DNA of 37,165 nt from NCBI GenBank assembly GCA_025965295.1, contig JAOPXF010000384.1, positions 1 through 37,165 on the forward strand, given 5' to 3'. Within the stretch, counting starts at the first letter, position 1. Every line of letters begins with the position of its first letter. A model generated the notes under the pieces. The model saw only the letters and a program-made list of their open reading frames with translations, had not been told where the DNA came from and ran no database searches. Of this stretch, positions 35,750 to 37,165 are shown one piece after another. The DNA comes from Nocardioides sp. Lineage in GTDB: Bacteria > Actinomycetota > Actinomycetes > Propionibacteriales > Nocardioidaceae. Both the position numbers and the translations under genes were made by a program.

Positions 35750-36628
35750 ATGATGGATCTCAGCCTGTTGGCCCAGCTCACCGTTTCGGGAATCGTCGTC
35801 GGTTCCTCCTACGCCCTGCTCGGGGTGAGCTTCGGAGTCATCTACGCCACGACGAAGATCTTCCACCTGGCGCACGCGGTGGCCTATGCCGCTGCCGCGT
35901 ACGCCGCGGTCTGGGCTGCCAACACCCTCGGTCTCCCGCTGGCAGTGGCACTGCTGGTAGGCCTCGCCGCAGGAGCCCTGTTCGGGCTCCTGATCGAGGT
36001 CGTCTTCTACCGCCCGATGCGGAAGAGGAACGCGACGCTGTTGACCATCTTCCTGGTGTCTCTCGGCATCAGCGTCGCGTTCCCCAACCTCATCCAGATC
36101 GTGTTCGGCCCCGACAACCAGACGCTGCCGCGGCCGGACAACCCGACGTACTCCCTCGGCGCGGTGACGGTCTCCCGTCACGACGTGATCGCCGTACTCG
36201 TCTCCTGGGTGCTGATCGCGGCCGTCGCCACGTTCGTCTCCAGGACGCGCTTCGGCCGCTCCATCACCGCCATGCGCACCAACCCGACCATGGCCGAGGC
36301 CGTGGGCATCGACAGCAAGCGGGTCTACACCGTGGTCTTCGCCCTCGGCTCCCTCCTGGTGGCCGTCGCCGCGCTGCTCTTCACCACGAAGGGCGTCGCC
36401 ACGCCGACGATGGGCCTGCAGCCCACGCTGATCGGGTTCATCGCCGCCTTCCTCGGTGGCATCGGATCCCAGTGGGGTGCCGCGCTCGGTGGCCTCGCGC
36501 TCGGGCTGCTGAGCAGCTGGAGCGCGCTCTACCTCCAGGTCGACTACGGCCCCGTCGTCGTCTTCGGCGCCATGTTCCTCGTCCTGCTGGTCCGGCCGCA
36601 GGGCCTCCTCGGGAAGGCAGCCGCCTGA
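35750..36628 (+). CDS. Liv-type ABC permease (LivH-like)
   Basis: YALLGVSFGVIY...FHLAH, TRFGRSITA, FLGGIGS, RPQGLLG. Confidence 0.92.
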   Translation: MMDLSLLAQLTVSGIVVGSSYALLGVSFGVIYATTKIFHLAHAVAYAAAAYAAVWAANTLGLPLAVALLVGLAAGALFGLLIEVVFYRPMRKRNATLLTIFLVSLGISVAFPNLIQIVFGPDNQTLPRPDNPTYSLGAVTVSRHDVIAVLVSWVLIAAVATFVSRTRFGRSITAMRTNPTMAEAVGIDSKRVYTVVFALGSLLVAVAALLFTTKGVATPTMGLQPTLIGFIAAFLGGIGSQWGAALGGLALGLLSSWSALYLQVDYGPVVVFGAMFLVLLVRPQGLLGKAAA

Positions 36629-37165
36629 TGAGCTACTACGCAGATGTCGCGATCGGCATCCTGATCCTGATGACCCTCGGGGTCTCGCTCAACCTGCTGC
36701 TCGGGTACGCCGGCCGGGTGTCAATGGCGCACGCCGTCTTCTTCGGCATCGGCGGCTTCACGGCCGCCCGCCTGACCCTCCCGTCCGTCGAGGAGCTCGG
36801 CGGGGTCGCCACGGCAGGGCTCCAGACCGGTGCGAGCTGGGGCTGGTTCCCCGCCCTGCTCGCCGCCATGGTCATCGCCTTCCTGGCCGCGCTGCTGATC
36901 TCCATCCCCGCGGTCCGACTGGTCCGCGGCGAGTACCTCATCCTGCTGACCCTCGCCTTCCAGCTCGTTGCGTTCCAGCTCATGGGCGTCATGGACTCGG
37001 TGACCGGAGGCCCCTACGGCCTCTCCGGGATCCCGCCGATGTCGATCGGCGGCACGCTGCTGATCCGCCCCGAGCAGTTCTTCTGGGTGATGCTGGCCGC
37101 CGCGGTCCTCACCTTCGCCGCCTGCTGGGCGCTGGGTGAGTCTCCGTTCGGTCGCCTGCTCAAGG
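36628..37165 (+). CDS. Liv-type ABC permease (LivM-like), 3'-truncated
   Basis: TGATG coupling; reads MSYYADVAIGILILMTLGVSLNLLLGYAGRVSMAHAVFFGIGG...GEYLILLTLAF...TGGPYGL...SPFGRLL. Confidence 0.9.
   Translation, partial: MSYYADVAIGILILMTLGVSLNLLLGYAGRVSMAHAVFFGIGGFTAARLTLPSVEELGGVATAGLQTGASWGWFPALLAAMVIAFLAALLISIPAVRLVRGEYLILLTLAFQLVAFQLMGVMDSVTGGPYGLSGIPPMSIGGTLLIRPEQFFWVMLAAAVLTFAACWALGESPFGRLLK

Overview
High-GC actinobacterial chromosomal DNA (Nocardioides-like by gene content; inferred). Five blocks. (1) 1-14.4 kb: a CoA-dependent catabolic cluster for an unknown carboxylate. It has three crotonase-family enzymes, a Liv/HAAT ABC importer with an embedded acyl-CoA ligase, TetR, SDR, an LLM oxidoreductase, 3-hydroxyacyl-CoA dehydrogenase, acyl-CoA dehydrogenase and thiolase, plus two matching operator palindromes. 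(2) 14.4-17.25 kb: a kinase-less signalling island with a GAF/ANTAR-like protein, two NarL/LuxR regulators and a receiver-only protein. It also has paired TAGT-N8-ACTA boxes and a candidate structured small RNA with C-rich motifs. (3) 17.1-25.6 kb: kdpABC-kdpDE, preceded by an uncalled 30-aa membrane peptide and divergent from a small membrane-protein gene; the two promoters carry mirror-image direct repeats. (4) 25.6-30.7 kb: small genes, a REP-like hairpin, a nucleoside 2-deoxyribosyltransferase-like gene, and a pobA / aromatic aldehyde dehydrogenase / IclR module with two matching operators. (5) 30.7-37.2 kb: an MFS transporter and an uncharacterised operon (tautomerase, cyclase-family hydrolase, GlcG/HbpS protein, SDR, Liv-type ABC transporter). 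No rRNA, tRNA, CRISPR or transposase was recognised. All calls are by eye; no searches were run.
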